Shown here: positions 37,904 to 46,480 of the stretch, piece by piece | Numbering within the stretch: the stretch's first letter is position 1 | Layout of the letters: the number at the start of each line of letters is the position of its first letter | Origin: Terrimicrobiaceae bacterium | Lineage (GTDB): Bacteria > Verrucomicrobiota > Verrucomicrobiia > Chthoniobacterales > Terrimicrobiaceae | Reading direction: 5' to 3' | DNA: 64,000 bases | Assembly: GCA_041752695.1 (NCBI GenBank) | Contig: JBGSVZ010000046.1 | Location: 1 to 64,000 of the forward strand | The notes under the pieces: model-generated | The model's input: only the letters and a program-made list of their open reading frames with translations | What the model was told of the DNA's origin: nothing | Database searches by the model: none | Translations under genes and position numbers: made by a program

Positions 37904-38530
37904 ATGAATCTCGAAACATTTACCCATCGACTGAACGAACTGTATCAACCACCCGCCGGAAAACTGACCTTCGTGGAGGTGCCGGAAATGCGATATATGA
38001 TGATCGATGGAGAGGGAGACCCGGACACCAGCAACTTTCGCGCGTCGGTTAAATGGCTTTTCTCCCTCGCGCATCTCATCAAACCCCAAATCAAAGCAAA
38101 ACTCGGTGCCCGTTTTGTGGAGCCGCCACTGGAATGCCTTTTTTGGTCGGATCAGGATGTGGACTTCGCGTCCGGGCGGAAAGATCTCTGGAAGTGGCGC
38201 GTGATGATTGTCGTACTGGACTTTGTGACGGAGGAACTTTTTCAGGACGCCGTCGTCAAGGCAGAGGCCAGGCTCGGTTCCCGGCCTGCGTCCCTGGGGC
38301 TCGAGTCCTATCGTGAAGGACGCTGTGTCCAGACGTTGCATAACGGGGACTACGCCGGCGTCGCGAAGGTCTGCCAGACTCTTTATCGGGATTTTCTTCC
38401 CGCCCATCATGCGAAGCCCGGCGGGTATTATCACGAAATTTACCTGAATGATCCCAATCGTGTCGCTCCGGAAAATCGTCGGATGGTCATTCGACAGCCT
38501 GTGGCGTCGATCGAGTTGGACGCGATTTGA
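37904..38530 (+). CDS. GyrI-like small-molecule-binding protein
   Basis: Y.MIDG.GDP, PLE.LFW, EG.CVQ.LH.G.Y, HEIYL.DP, IRQPV. Confidence 0.82.
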   Translation: MNLETFTHRLNELYQPPAGKLTFVEVPEMRYMMIDGEGDPDTSNFRASVKWLFSLAHLIKPQIKAKLGARFVEPPLECLFWSDQDVDFASGRKDLWKWRVMIVVLDFVTEELFQDAVVKAEARLGSRPASLGLESYREGRCVQTLHNGDYAGVAKVCQTLYRDFLPAHHAKPGGYYHEIYLNDPNRVAPENRRMVIRQPVASIELDAI

Positions 38531-38562
38531 CAAAAACGCATTTTCGTGCATTATTCGTGCAT
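38527..38562 (+). promoter_or_regulatory. Promoter and tandem operator repeats of the second vapBC pair
   Basis: TTGACA at 38527; GCATTTTCGT / GCATTATTCGT / GCAT repeats running into the ATG. Confidence 0.5.
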
Positions 38563-38800
38563 GGCGACAAAAACCATCACCTTGGAGTTGGATGCCTACG
38601 ACAAGTTGAAGGCGGCCAAAAAGGCCGGGGAGTCCTTTACGGAAGTGGTGCGACGCGCCTCGTTTGCGAACGCTCCGCTGACGGGCTCGGACCTCAGGAT
38701 TTACCTTCGCGCGGGCGGCAGCGGGGTGAGCGAGAGCTACCTCAAAGCCGTGGAAAAAGCTGCCCTCCACGATCCCATTCCTGACGACCCGTGGGCTTGA
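38561..38800 (+). CDS. VapB-type antitoxin (DUF217-like)
   Basis: MATKTITL..DAY.KL..AK..GESF.EVVRR; overlaps the PIN gene. Confidence 0.85.
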   Translation: MATKTITLELDAYDKLKAAKKAGESFTEVVRRASFANAPLTGSDLRIYLRAGGSGVSESYLKAVEKAALHDPIPDDPWA

Positions 38801-39183
38801 TCCTCGACACCAGTTTTGTCATTCAGGCGGAACGTGAGGCGAGGCGCGGACTGTCCGCTCGCACTGAAGACTTTCTCGCCCGCCATGCCGCGGAAAGTTT
38901 CTTCATCACCTTTACCGTGGCGGGAGAACTGGCCTGCGGCCAGTCCGCCCAAATTCGCCGGGATTGGGAGCACCTTTGCCGTCCCTATCCGATTTTGCCA
39001 TGGACCCTGGAAATCTCCTGGCAATACGGGGAAATTTATCGGTCCCTCGCAGCAGCTGGAACCCTCATCGGAGGGAACGACCTTTGGATTGCCGCAACTG
39101 CTGTTGCCCATGGTCATGGCATTGTGACAGCCAACGCGGATGAATTTCGCCGAGTTCCGGGCCTGTCGGTGGAAGCATTTTAG
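38791..39183 (+). CDS. vapC: VapC PIN-domain toxin
   Basis: LILDTSF.I, GEL, IGGNDLWIAATA, VT.N..EF.RVPGL. Confidence 0.92.
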   Translation: MGLILDTSFVIQAEREARRGLSARTEDFLARHAAESFFITFTVAGELACGQSAQIRRDWEHLCRPYPILPWTLEISWQYGEIYRSLAAAGTLIGGNDLWIAATAVAHGHGIVTANADEFRRVPGLSVEAF

Positions 39184-39203
39184 CCTGGATCTGGGAGCAG
39201 TCG

Positions 39204-39353
39204 GCCACGGGTTTCACGGATGGAAACGGATCAAATTCTGGAAACATATGAGTTGCTGATTGGCCGCTCGTGCCCAAGAAATTCACCCAGAGAGGAAGTT
39301 GCTTGGTCTTCCTATCATCCTCATCATCCGGGAGTTTTCGTGAAATCCGTGGC
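39204..39353. repeat. 150-bp element with periodic CACGG(A/G)T inverted ends (MITE-like)
   Basis: Left GCCACGGGTTTCACGGATGGAAACGGAT vs reverse complement of right GCCACGGATTTCACGAAAACTCCCGGAT (20/28). Confidence 0.6.
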
Positions 39354-39401
39354 TCTCATTTCCGTTTTTAGGTTTAGCCGCATCCACATCGGGATTGTCT
39401 G

Positions 39402-40421
39402 ATGACCAAAAACGCCACCTCCAAAGTTCACTGGATTCGCAGCAACGGGTTTTTGCTCGGGCTGCTGCTCGCCGTCGTGCTGGCCTTTCTGTTGCCGGGC
39501 CCCGGATCGCGCGGCGGCGTGCTCCACGCAGAGCTGCTGAACACTGCCGGCATCGCGCTCATTCTTTTCCTCCAGGGTCTTTCCCTCGCTTTCGAAAAAA
39601 TCCGCAGCGGGGCGGGCAACTGGCGGCTGCACGTCATCATCCAGTCCTTCACCTTTGTCATTTTTCCCCTGGTCGGCCTGCTTTTTGACGCGGTCATGAC
39701 CTTGGTCTGGCCGGATGCTCCCGAGGGAGTCCGGCAGGGTTTGCTGTACCTGTGCGTGCTGCCCTCGACCGTTTCCACGTCGGTCGTGCTCACCGCGGTG
39801 GCCGGCGGAAACACCCCTGGCGCGCTCTTCAACGCGGCGTTTTCCAACATCGTCGGGGTTGTCCTCACACCCGTGCTTGTGCAGGTCCTCATGGAAAAAA
39901 CGGGGACGTCCGCGCCTTTCGGGCCGCTCTTGCTCAAGATCGTGCTGCTCACGCTGGTGCCCTTTGCCCTCGGCATGGTGCTGCGCAATTTCGGGAAAGA
40001 CTGGGTGGACGCGCGAAAAATCTGGGTTACCCGGATCAGCAACGCGGTCATCCTTTTCATCGTGTACAGCGCCTTCTGCGACTCGGTGCAGGAAAAGGTC
40101 TGGCAGCGTTACGGTCTTCTCCTCACCGCCCAGGTGCTTCTGCTCGTGAGCCTGCTTTTTGGTGTCATGTCGCTGCTGGTTTTTGGGGCCAACCGGATCC
40201 TGCGGCTCTCCCGCGAAGACGCCATCGCGTCGTATTTCTGCTCGGTGAAAAAGACCCTTGCCATGGGCGTGCCCCTCGCGCTGCTGATCTTCGGCAACAC
40301 CGCGGACCTCACCCTCATCCTTCTGCCCACCATGTTTTACCACCCGCTCCAGCTCTTCGTGAACGGCGTGCTGGCCAATCGCTGGGCGCGGGCAACGGAG
40401 AATCGAGTGTTTCCTTCATGA
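39402..40421 (+). CDS. Bile acid:sodium symporter family protein (YfeH/SBF7-like)
   Basis: LPSTVSTSV..T..AGGN, SN..GV..TP, CS.KK.LA.G.P, YH..QL. Confidence 0.9.
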   Translation: MTKNATSKVHWIRSNGFLLGLLLAVVLAFLLPGPGSRGGVLHAELLNTAGIALILFLQGLSLAFEKIRSGAGNWRLHVIIQSFTFVIFPLVGLLFDAVMTLVWPDAPEGVRQGLLYLCVLPSTVSTSVVLTAVAGGNTPGALFNAAFSNIVGVVLTPVLVQVLMEKTGTSAPFGPLLLKIVLLTLVPFALGMVLRNFGKDWVDARKIWVTRISNAVILFIVYSAFCDSVQEKVWQRYGLLLTAQVLLLVSLLFGVMSLLVFGANRILRLSREDAIASYFCSVKKTLAMGVPLALLIFGNTADLTLILLPTMFYHPLQLFVNGVLANRWARATENRVFPS

Positions 40422-40693
40422 ACGACAATCTTCCCATTCTCGAAAACTCCGCGCTCAGCCGCCTGGAAATCGCCCTCGGGGGCGAGCTGGCGGTGTTGGA
40501 GTACCGGGTCGACGGCGGCCGCATGCTCTTCACCCACACCGGAACGCCACCCGCCTTCCGGGGGCGAGGGATTGCGGAGCGGCTGGTGCTCGAAGGGTTC
40601 CGCCTCGCACGAGAACGGAATCTGGAGATCGTTCCCGTGTGCAGCTACGTGGCCGCCGTGCTGCGGAGGCACCCGGAATTTGCCAATTCGTAA
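40418..40693 (+). CDS. Small GNAT-family acetyltransferase (YjdJ-like)
   Basis: HT.TPPAFRGRGIA..LV, IVP.CSYV; ATGA overlap with the symporter. Confidence 0.85.
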   Translation: MNDNLPILENSALSRLEIALGGELAVLEYRVDGGRMLFTHTGTPPAFRGRGIAERLVLEGFRLARERNLEIVPVCSYVAAVLRRHPEFANS

Positions 40694-40735
40694 CCCGGCC
40701 TTGCGCAGAAGCGCGAAGTTCGTGACATTTGCACC

Positions 40736-40754
40736 ATTGCGAACGATTCTCATT
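40736..40754. promoter_or_regulatory. Fur-box-like site upstream of feoA
   Basis: ATTGCGAAC-G-ATTCTCATT resembles the AATGATAAT-N-ATTATCATT 9-1-9 pattern. Confidence 0.55.
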
Positions 40755-40761
40755 TACTGAA

Positions 40762-40995
40762 ATGCAAAAGACACTGGGACAAATCCGTCACGCCGCGCCA
40801 CTGGAGATTGTGGCCGTGCTGGGCGACTGTGTTCGGGCCGGGCGTCTGGCCGCGTTGGGGTTTTTGCCGGGGGGACGCATTCGCGTCTCGCATGTGGCTC
40901 CGCTGGGTGACCCCATTTCGGTTTCTTTTGGGGGACAGGAAATCAGTGTGCGCCGGTCCGAGGCCAATCTGATTGCGATTCGCGAGTTGGACTGA
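40762..40995 (+). CDS. feoA: Ferrous iron transport protein A
   Basis: RL.ALGF.PG..I.V...APLGDP, S.RR.EA. Confidence 0.9.
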   Translation: MQKTLGQIRHAAPLEIVAVLGDCVRAGRLAALGFLPGGRIRVSHVAPLGDPISVSFGGQEISVRRSEANLIAIRELD

Positions 40996-40996
40996 C

Positions 40997-43162
40997 ATGT
41001 CCGGGGTCGTTTCCGCCTCTGTCCGCGTCGCCCTGCTCGGGAATCCGAACACGGGAAAATCCACGCTGTTTAATCGGCTCACGGGCCTGCGGCAGCATAT
41101 TGCCAACTACCCAGGTATCACGGTCGAGCGGAAAACCGGGGTAATGATCGTCGGTGCCGAGCGTCTGGACGTGATGGATCTTCCGGGGACCTACAGCCTG
41201 GCGGCCTCTTCGCCGGATGAACGGGTGGTGATGGACGCCCTGGCCGGTCGCGCCGGGGATCCCGCGCCGGACCTGATCGTCTGTGTAGTCGACGCAACCA
41301 ACTTGAAGCGAAACCTCTTCCTGGTCTCGCAGTGCGCCGAACTTGGGCTTCCCATGGTGGTGGCGTTAAACCAGTGGGACGCCGCCACCCGGGGCGGGGT
41401 GCAAATCGATCATGCGCTGCTTTCCCAACGCCTCGGCGTGCCCGTTATTCCCACCGTCGCGCGCTCCGGCGGGGGCATCGAAAACCTCAAGGCCGCCATC
41501 CTTGAGGCCCGCCAACATCCCCAACCGGCCACGCGCATCCCCTGGCCGGAGTTTATCCACCACGCCCGGGAGAGAGTGCGCGGGGAGATCGAACGTCAGG
41601 GAACCTCGCTGAGTGACCCCGAAATTCTTCGCCTGCTCTTCGATGCCGACAGCACCTACGCGAAACTGCTGCCCGACCCCACTGCAGCGGGGAAAGTTCT
41701 GCGGGAGGCGCGGGAAAGTTTCCGTCACCACGGACTCAACCCCGGCCCAGCGGAGGCGGTGCTGCACTATCGGCGGATCGACGGACTGTTGGAAGGGGTG
41801 GTTTCCGGCGGAGGTTCCACCGCCCGCACGAGAGATTCGGTGGACGCCATTCTGCTTCACCGGGTGTGGGGCACACTGACGTTCCTGGGCGTGATGTACG
41901 TCGTATTTCAGAGCCTCTACGCCTGGGCCGGTCCGCTGATGGACCTGATCGAAATGGGCACCGCCTGGCTGCAGGAAACCGTCGCGCCCCTCCTGGCGGA
42001 CACGCCCATGCTGCAGAGTCTGGTCACCGATGGCATCATTGCCGGCGTGGGTGGCGTGGTGATTTTTCTGCCCCAAATCCTCATTCTTTTTTTCTGCCTC
42101 GCCCTGTTGGAAGACTCAGGATACCTGGCGCGGGCGGCTTTCCTCATGGACAAACTTTTCGGCTGGTGCGGGCTCAATGGCAAAAGCTTCGTGCCGCTGA
42201 TTTCCGGCTACGCCTGCGCCATTCCTGGAGTGATGGCGGCGCGGACGCTGGAGGATCCGAAAGCACGGATCACGACGATTCTGATGACGCCGTTCATGAG
42301 TTGCTCCGCGCGGCTGCCGGTGTACGTGCTCCTGATCGGAGCCTTTATCGAACCTGCCTACGGGCCGGTCGCGGCGGGGTGGACGCTCTTCCTCATGCAT
42401 TTTGTGGGAGCCTTTGTCGCGCTGCCTTTTGCCTGGATCCTGAATCGGTGTTTTCTGCGCATTCGCGCCCAGCCGTTCATCCTGGAAATGCCCGACTACC
42501 GCGTGCCGGCCCTTCGCAACGTGCTCATCCGCATGTGGGAACGCGGCCGGGAATTTGTCATTCGCGCGGGCACGGTTATCCTGGCGTTTTCCGTGATCAT
42601 CTGGGCGCTTTTGTATTTTCCGCGGCCGGAAAGCGTGGCGGAAAACGTTCGCGCCGCCTTCGTGGCGGAGAATCCCACGGCGGCGCTGGACGACCCGGCG
42701 GTTGCTCTCCAATTGGATCACCGCATTGAGGGCGCCTACATCGGACAGAGTTATCTCGGGCGGTTCGGGAAAGCGGTGCAGCCGGTTTTTGACCCCGCCG
42801 GCTTCGACTGGAAAATCACCGTCGGCGTGCTCTCCAGTTTTCCCGCCCGGGAGGTGATCATTGCCACCATGGGCATCATCTACAACCTGGGCGCGGACGT
42901 GGATGAGGGCTCGGAAGACCTGCGTTCCATCCTGGCGCGGGAAAAATGGCAGAGCGGTCCGCGGGCCGGCCGGCCGGTTTACACCATTCCCGTTGTGCTG
43001 GCGCTGATGGTTTTTTTCGCCCTCTGCATGCAGTGCGGTGCCACCCTGGCGGTGGTGGCCAGGGAGCTTTCCTGGCGCTGGGCGGCGGGGCTCTTTGTCG
43101 TCATGACGGCCACCGCCTGGCTCGCCGCCGTGCTGGTCTATCAGGTGGGGAGCCTGTTCTGA
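40997..43162 (+). CDS. feoB: Ferrous iron transport protein B
   Basis: GNPNTGKST, NYPG.TVE, DLPGTYSL, MSCSARLPVY, AREV, C.QC..T. Confidence 0.96.
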   Translation: MSGVVSASVRVALLGNPNTGKSTLFNRLTGLRQHIANYPGITVERKTGVMIVGAERLDVMDLPGTYSLAASSPDERVVMDALAGRAGDPAPDLIVCVVDATNLKRNLFLVSQCAELGLPMVVALNQWDAATRGGVQIDHALLSQRLGVPVIPTVARSGGGIENLKAAILEARQHPQPATRIPWPEFIHHARERVRGEIERQGTSLSDPEILRLLFDADSTYAKLLPDPTAAGKVLREARESFRHHGLNPGPAEAVLHYRRIDGLLEGVVSGGGSTARTRDSVDAILLHRVWGTLTFLGVMYVVFQSLYAWAGPLMDLIEMGTAWLQETVAPLLADTPMLQSLVTDGIIAGVGGVVIFLPQILILFFCLALLEDSGYLARAAFLMDKLFGWCGLNGKSFVPLISGYACAIPGVMAARTLEDPKARITTILMTPFMSCSARLPVYVLLIGAFIEPAYGPVAAGWTLFLMHFVGAFVALPFAWILNRCFLRIRAQPFILEMPDYRVPALRNVLIRMWERGREFVIRAGTVILAFSVIIWALLYFPRPESVAENVRAAFVAENPTAALDDPAVALQLDHRIEGAYIGQSYLGRFGKAVQPVFDPAGFDWKITVGVLSSFPAREVIIATMGIIYNLGADVDEGSEDLRSILAREKWQSGPRAGRPVYTIPVVLALMVFFALCMQCGATLAVVARELSWRWAAGLFVVMTATAWLAAVLVYQVGSLF

Positions 43163-43168
43163 AGGGCC

Positions 43169-43318
43169 ATGGAAGAACTCATCCTGGTCGGCTGCATCGG
43201 CGCGGCGGTGATTTTTCTCACCGTCCGCTACTGGAAAAAACTCCGTCGCCGAAGTTGCTCCGGAGGTGGCTGTGGATGCAGTCCCCGCCCAAAGCCGAAG
43301 GCCGAACCGCGCGCGTGA
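43169..43318 (+). CDS. FeoB-associated Cys-rich small membrane protein (49 aa)
   Basis: Hand translation MEELILVGCIGAAVIFLTVRYWKKLRRRSCSGGGCGCSPRPKPKAEPRA*; below the ORF-track cutoff. Confidence 0.78.
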   Translation: MEELILVGCIGAAVIFLTVRYWKKLRRRSCSGGGCGCSPRPKPKAEPRA

Positions 43319-43361
43319 TCGTCCTCTGGCCAGGGAAGCGCCCGACCGGGGCGGGCTCTGT

Positions 43362-43388
43362 GGAACAGCCTAAAGGCTGGACTCCAAC
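43362..43388 (+). repeat. REP-like half unit
   Basis: GGAACAGCCTAAAGGCTGGACTCCAAC, 26/27 identical to 44388-44414. Confidence 0.8.
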
Positions 43389-43738
43389 TATTCCTCGATC
43401 TTCAACCGGGGAGCGTCGCTCCAGAGATTCTCCAGGCCGTAATAGTCGCGTTTCTCGGTGAGGAAGATGTGGATAATCACACCCGGGTAATCGAGGACGA
43501 TCCACTGGCTGCCGGGGAAGCCATCTTCGGACATCGGATGGCGGCCCAGCTTTTCCCGGGCCTGTTCGCGAATCGCACTGGCAATGGCTTTGAGTTGGGG
43601 TTCGGACGTGCCCGAGCAGATCACGAAAAAATCCGTGAAGGTCGAGATGCCCTGCATGTCGAGAACAACAACGTCCTCGGCTTTTTTGTCCGCGGCTGCG
43701 GCAGCGCAGGCGCGGGCGAGTTCTTCGCCTTCAGTCAT
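43388..43738 (-). CDS. rsfS: Ribosome silencing factor
   Basis: DKKAED, D.FVIC, W..LDY..VI.HIF, R.YY.LE.LW.DA. Confidence 0.95.
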   Translation of the reverse strand: MTEGEELARACAAAAADKKAEDVVVLDMQGISTFTDFFVICSGTSEPQLKAIASAIREQAREKLGRHPMSEDGFPGSQWIVLDYPGVIIHIFLTEKRDYYGLENLWSDAPRLKIEE

Positions 43739-44306
43739 TTTGATAAAGTTTCTGCATCGTGATCACCTGACAGGCAGGGTAGGGAACCATATATCGGACG
43801 GATTGGCCGCGGGCAATGCGATTGCGGATCTCCGTGGACGAAATCTCAATCCGGCGCGTAATCGTGGGGAACTCCGCCAGAAACGGCATGCCCACCCGCG
43901 AAAGAATGACAAACTGCACTAGTTCGCGGAGGCGGGCGATATCCTTCCAGGTCTCAAGCTCGGGCAGGTTGTCGTCCCCGATGAAATAATAGAGCTTCGC
44001 GCCGGGAAATTTTTCCCCGTAACTCCGCACGGTCTCGATGGTGAAGGACGGTCCCTCGCGGGTCACCTCACAATCATCCATAAAAAGCCCCACCTCGCCT
44101 TCAATGGAGGCCGCCACCATGGCGCAACGCGCTTCGGCGCTGGCCGGCGGGCGGTCAAGTTTGTGGGGGGAAATGCGGGCGGGAAGAAACACCACCCGAT
44201 CCAGCTCCAGCCGTTCCATCGCATCTCGGGCCAGAATGATGTGGCCATTGTGGATCGGGTCGAAACTACCGCCATAAAGGCCGATTTTTGTGGGAGATGG
44301 GGACAT
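43731..44306 (-). CDS. nadD: Nicotinate-nucleotide adenylyltransferase
   Basis: GGSFDPIHNGH, SPHK, IG.D, ISSTEIR. Confidence 0.95.
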   Translation of the reverse strand: MSPSPTKIGLYGGSFDPIHNGHIILARDAMERLELDRVVFLPARISPHKLDRPPASAEARCAMVAASIEGEVGLFMDDCEVTREGPSFTIETVRSYGEKFPGAKLYYFIGDDNLPELETWKDIARLRELVQFVILSRVGMPFLAEFPTITRRIEISSTEIRNRIARGQSVRYMVPYPACQVITMQKLYQND

Positions 44307-44356
44307 GCCGCTCGCCCTGACGATTAGGCGAAGGGACGGCGGCGGTCAATTCCCCC

Positions 44357-44414
44357 GTTGGAGTTCACGCTTCAGCGTGTGCCTTTCGGAACGGCCTAAA
44401 GGCTGGACTCCAAC
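44357..44414. repeat. REP-like imperfect palindrome
   Basis: GTTGGAGT...ACTCCAAC outer stem with internal hairpin-like arms. Confidence 0.75.
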
Positions 44415-44470
44415 AGGCACCCCGGGGTTTTCGCTTTGATTCGGCAGGGAACCTGCAACTCTCGCCCTCG

Positions 44471-45073
44471 ATGTTCACCATCAAGAGGTTCCTCCTGCTC
44501 CTCGTCATTGCGGCACTGGCATATGCCTTCTGGCCGCGCCAGCCCAGCCTCGTCAGATACCAGTCCGCCCCAATGGCCAAGTTGCAGATGGAGGCCGCCA
44601 AACAGGCTGCCGGGAAAAACTGGTTCGCCTGCGGCGTGGCCAACTACCGCATTTTTGACCGTCAGTATCACTTCGCACCCCTCGCCGCGGTGAAGGCCTC
44701 GATCGAGCAAACGCGGGCCGTCGCCATGTTCCGCTCTGCCGCCGATTCCGCGGACAAAGAGGCCGCCGCCAAGCCACTCACCCAAGCCTACGCAGAAATG
44801 AAAAGCCAGACTGGCGGCGCCTTTGACCCCGCGGCCGCGGCCACCCAGCAAATCCGGGTGTGGACTCAGATCGAGGAAGGAAGTTCGGAAGAGGCCTCGA
44901 AAATTTTGTCCGAGCAGCTCGCCTCGATCTACGGTGGAATCTCCGCAAAATACCTTCCGGTCGCCCGGAATTTCGTGGCCGCCGCAGCTGCCGCGAAAAC
45001 GTCCCATTGGGCCGCCGCCGAAACGAGCCAGCAAAAAGCCTGGACGGATCTTCAGACAGCCGTCGGGAAATAA
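44471..45073 (+). CDS. Hypothetical N-terminally anchored protein
   Basis: N-terminal TM, Ala-rich helical ORF filling the gap between genes. Confidence 0.65.
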   Translation: MFTIKRFLLLLVIAALAYAFWPRQPSLVRYQSAPMAKLQMEAAKQAAGKNWFACGVANYRIFDRQYHFAPLAAVKASIEQTRAVAMFRSAADSADKEAAAKPLTQAYAEMKSQTGGAFDPAAAATQQIRVWTQIEEGSSEEASKILSEQLASIYGGISAKYLPVARNFVAAAAAAKTSHWAAAETSQQKAWTDLQTAVGK

Positions 45074-45163
45074 TTTTTCACTCCTGGTCTCCGCGGCTCC
45101 CCGAAATCGCCGTGGGAATTTCTTTGCCCCCCGCGTGCGTCGCGTGCGACAAATCCCGGCTTC

Positions 45164-46480
45164 ATGCTCAACTGGATCTGGCTCGGACTTGTCGTGGCAG
45201 CGGTCACTCTTGGCGGTTTTACCGGCCAGCTTGATGCCGTGACGAAGGCGGCGTTCAAGTCATGCGAAACCGCCGTGGTGACCATCGCGATTCCGTTTAT
45301 CGGGTTGATTGCGCTGTGGCTCGGGGTCATGCGTCTGGCGGAAAAAGCGGGACTGGTGGAGATCCTGGCGCGGGCATTGCGGCCCCTGATGCGGCGGTTG
45401 TTTCCCGACGTTCCGCCGGAGCATCCCGCCATGGGATCGATGCTGATGAACATGGCGGCCAATATGCTCGGCCTGGGCAACGCGGCGACGCCCCTCGGAC
45501 TGCGCGCGATGCAGGATTTGGAAACGCTCAATCCGCGGCCCGGCGTGGCGTCGAACGCGATGTGTACATTTCTGGCCATCAATACGAGTTCCATCCAACT
45601 GGTCCCGGCGAGCACGGTCGCCTTCATGGCGGCGGCAGGAGCGACCAATCCCTCGGCCATCATCGGCACCGCCTTCCTGGCTACCCTGTGTTCGACCGTC
45701 GTGGGCATCACAGCGGTGAAGTTTCTGGAAAAGTTGCCCGGCTATCGTCTGCCGCCCGTGCCAGAAGAGGAGCGGAAGTCGGCCATCGAAAACGCCGAGG
45801 AAACGCCGACCATCTCCTCGGCCCCGCCGCTGGCCGCCTGGGCTTATCCGGTGTTGGTGGTATTTTTTGGGCTGTTTGGGTGGTTTGCGATCACGGCCGT
45901 GACCCAGGCCGCTCCGGCCACTCCGGGAGGATACGTCACGGCGGTGGTGCAGGCGATTTCCCTGCTGGCGGTGCCATTTTTGCTCTCCTTCTTCCCGCTC
46001 TTTGCGGCGCTCAAACGCATTCCGGTCTATGAGGAATTTGTCGAAGGGGCCAAGGAGGGTTTTCACGTGGCCATCCGGATCATTCCCTACCTCGTGGCGA
46101 TTTTGGTCGCGGTGGGAATGTTCCGCGCGGCGGGCGGGATCGAAATGATTTCCCGGGCCATCGGACCGGCCCTGGCGGCGGTGGGATTTCCGGTGGAATT
46201 GCTGCCCCTGGTGCTGATGCGTCCGCTCAGCGGCGGCGGAGCCAGCGGACTGTTTAATGAGCTCATCCAGGTCGGCGGGCCCGCCGGGGGTCCGGATAGT
46301 CTGATCAGCAAGATGGCGGGATCCATCATGGGCAGCACGGAAACGACGTTTTATGTGATCGCCGTCTATTTCGGTTCGGTGGCCATCCGGCGCACGCGGC
46401 ATGCGGTGCCCGCCGGCTTGCTGGCGGATGTTGCCGGGGTGATCGCCTCGATCGTCATCTGCCGACTGGTTTTTTCGTGA
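45164..46480 (+). CDS. SpmA/SpmB fusion (nucleoside recognition gate domain) membrane protein
   Basis: ANMLGLGNAATP.GL.AM, F.EGAKEG, RPLSG, GSTETTFYV.AVYFG. Confidence 0.92.
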   Translation: MLNWIWLGLVVAAVTLGGFTGQLDAVTKAAFKSCETAVVTIAIPFIGLIALWLGVMRLAEKAGLVEILARALRPLMRRLFPDVPPEHPAMGSMLMNMAANMLGLGNAATPLGLRAMQDLETLNPRPGVASNAMCTFLAINTSSIQLVPASTVAFMAAAGATNPSAIIGTAFLATLCSTVVGITAVKFLEKLPGYRLPPVPEEERKSAIENAEETPTISSAPPLAAWAYPVLVVFFGLFGWFAITAVTQAAPATPGGYVTAVVQAISLLAVPFLLSFFPLFAALKRIPVYEEFVEGAKEGFHVAIRIIPYLVAILVAVGMFRAAGGIEMISRAIGPALAAVGFPVELLPLVLMRPLSGGGASGLFNELIQVGGPAGGPDSLISKMAGSIMGSTETTFYVIAVYFGSVAIRRTRHAVPAGLLADVAGVIASIVICRLVFS

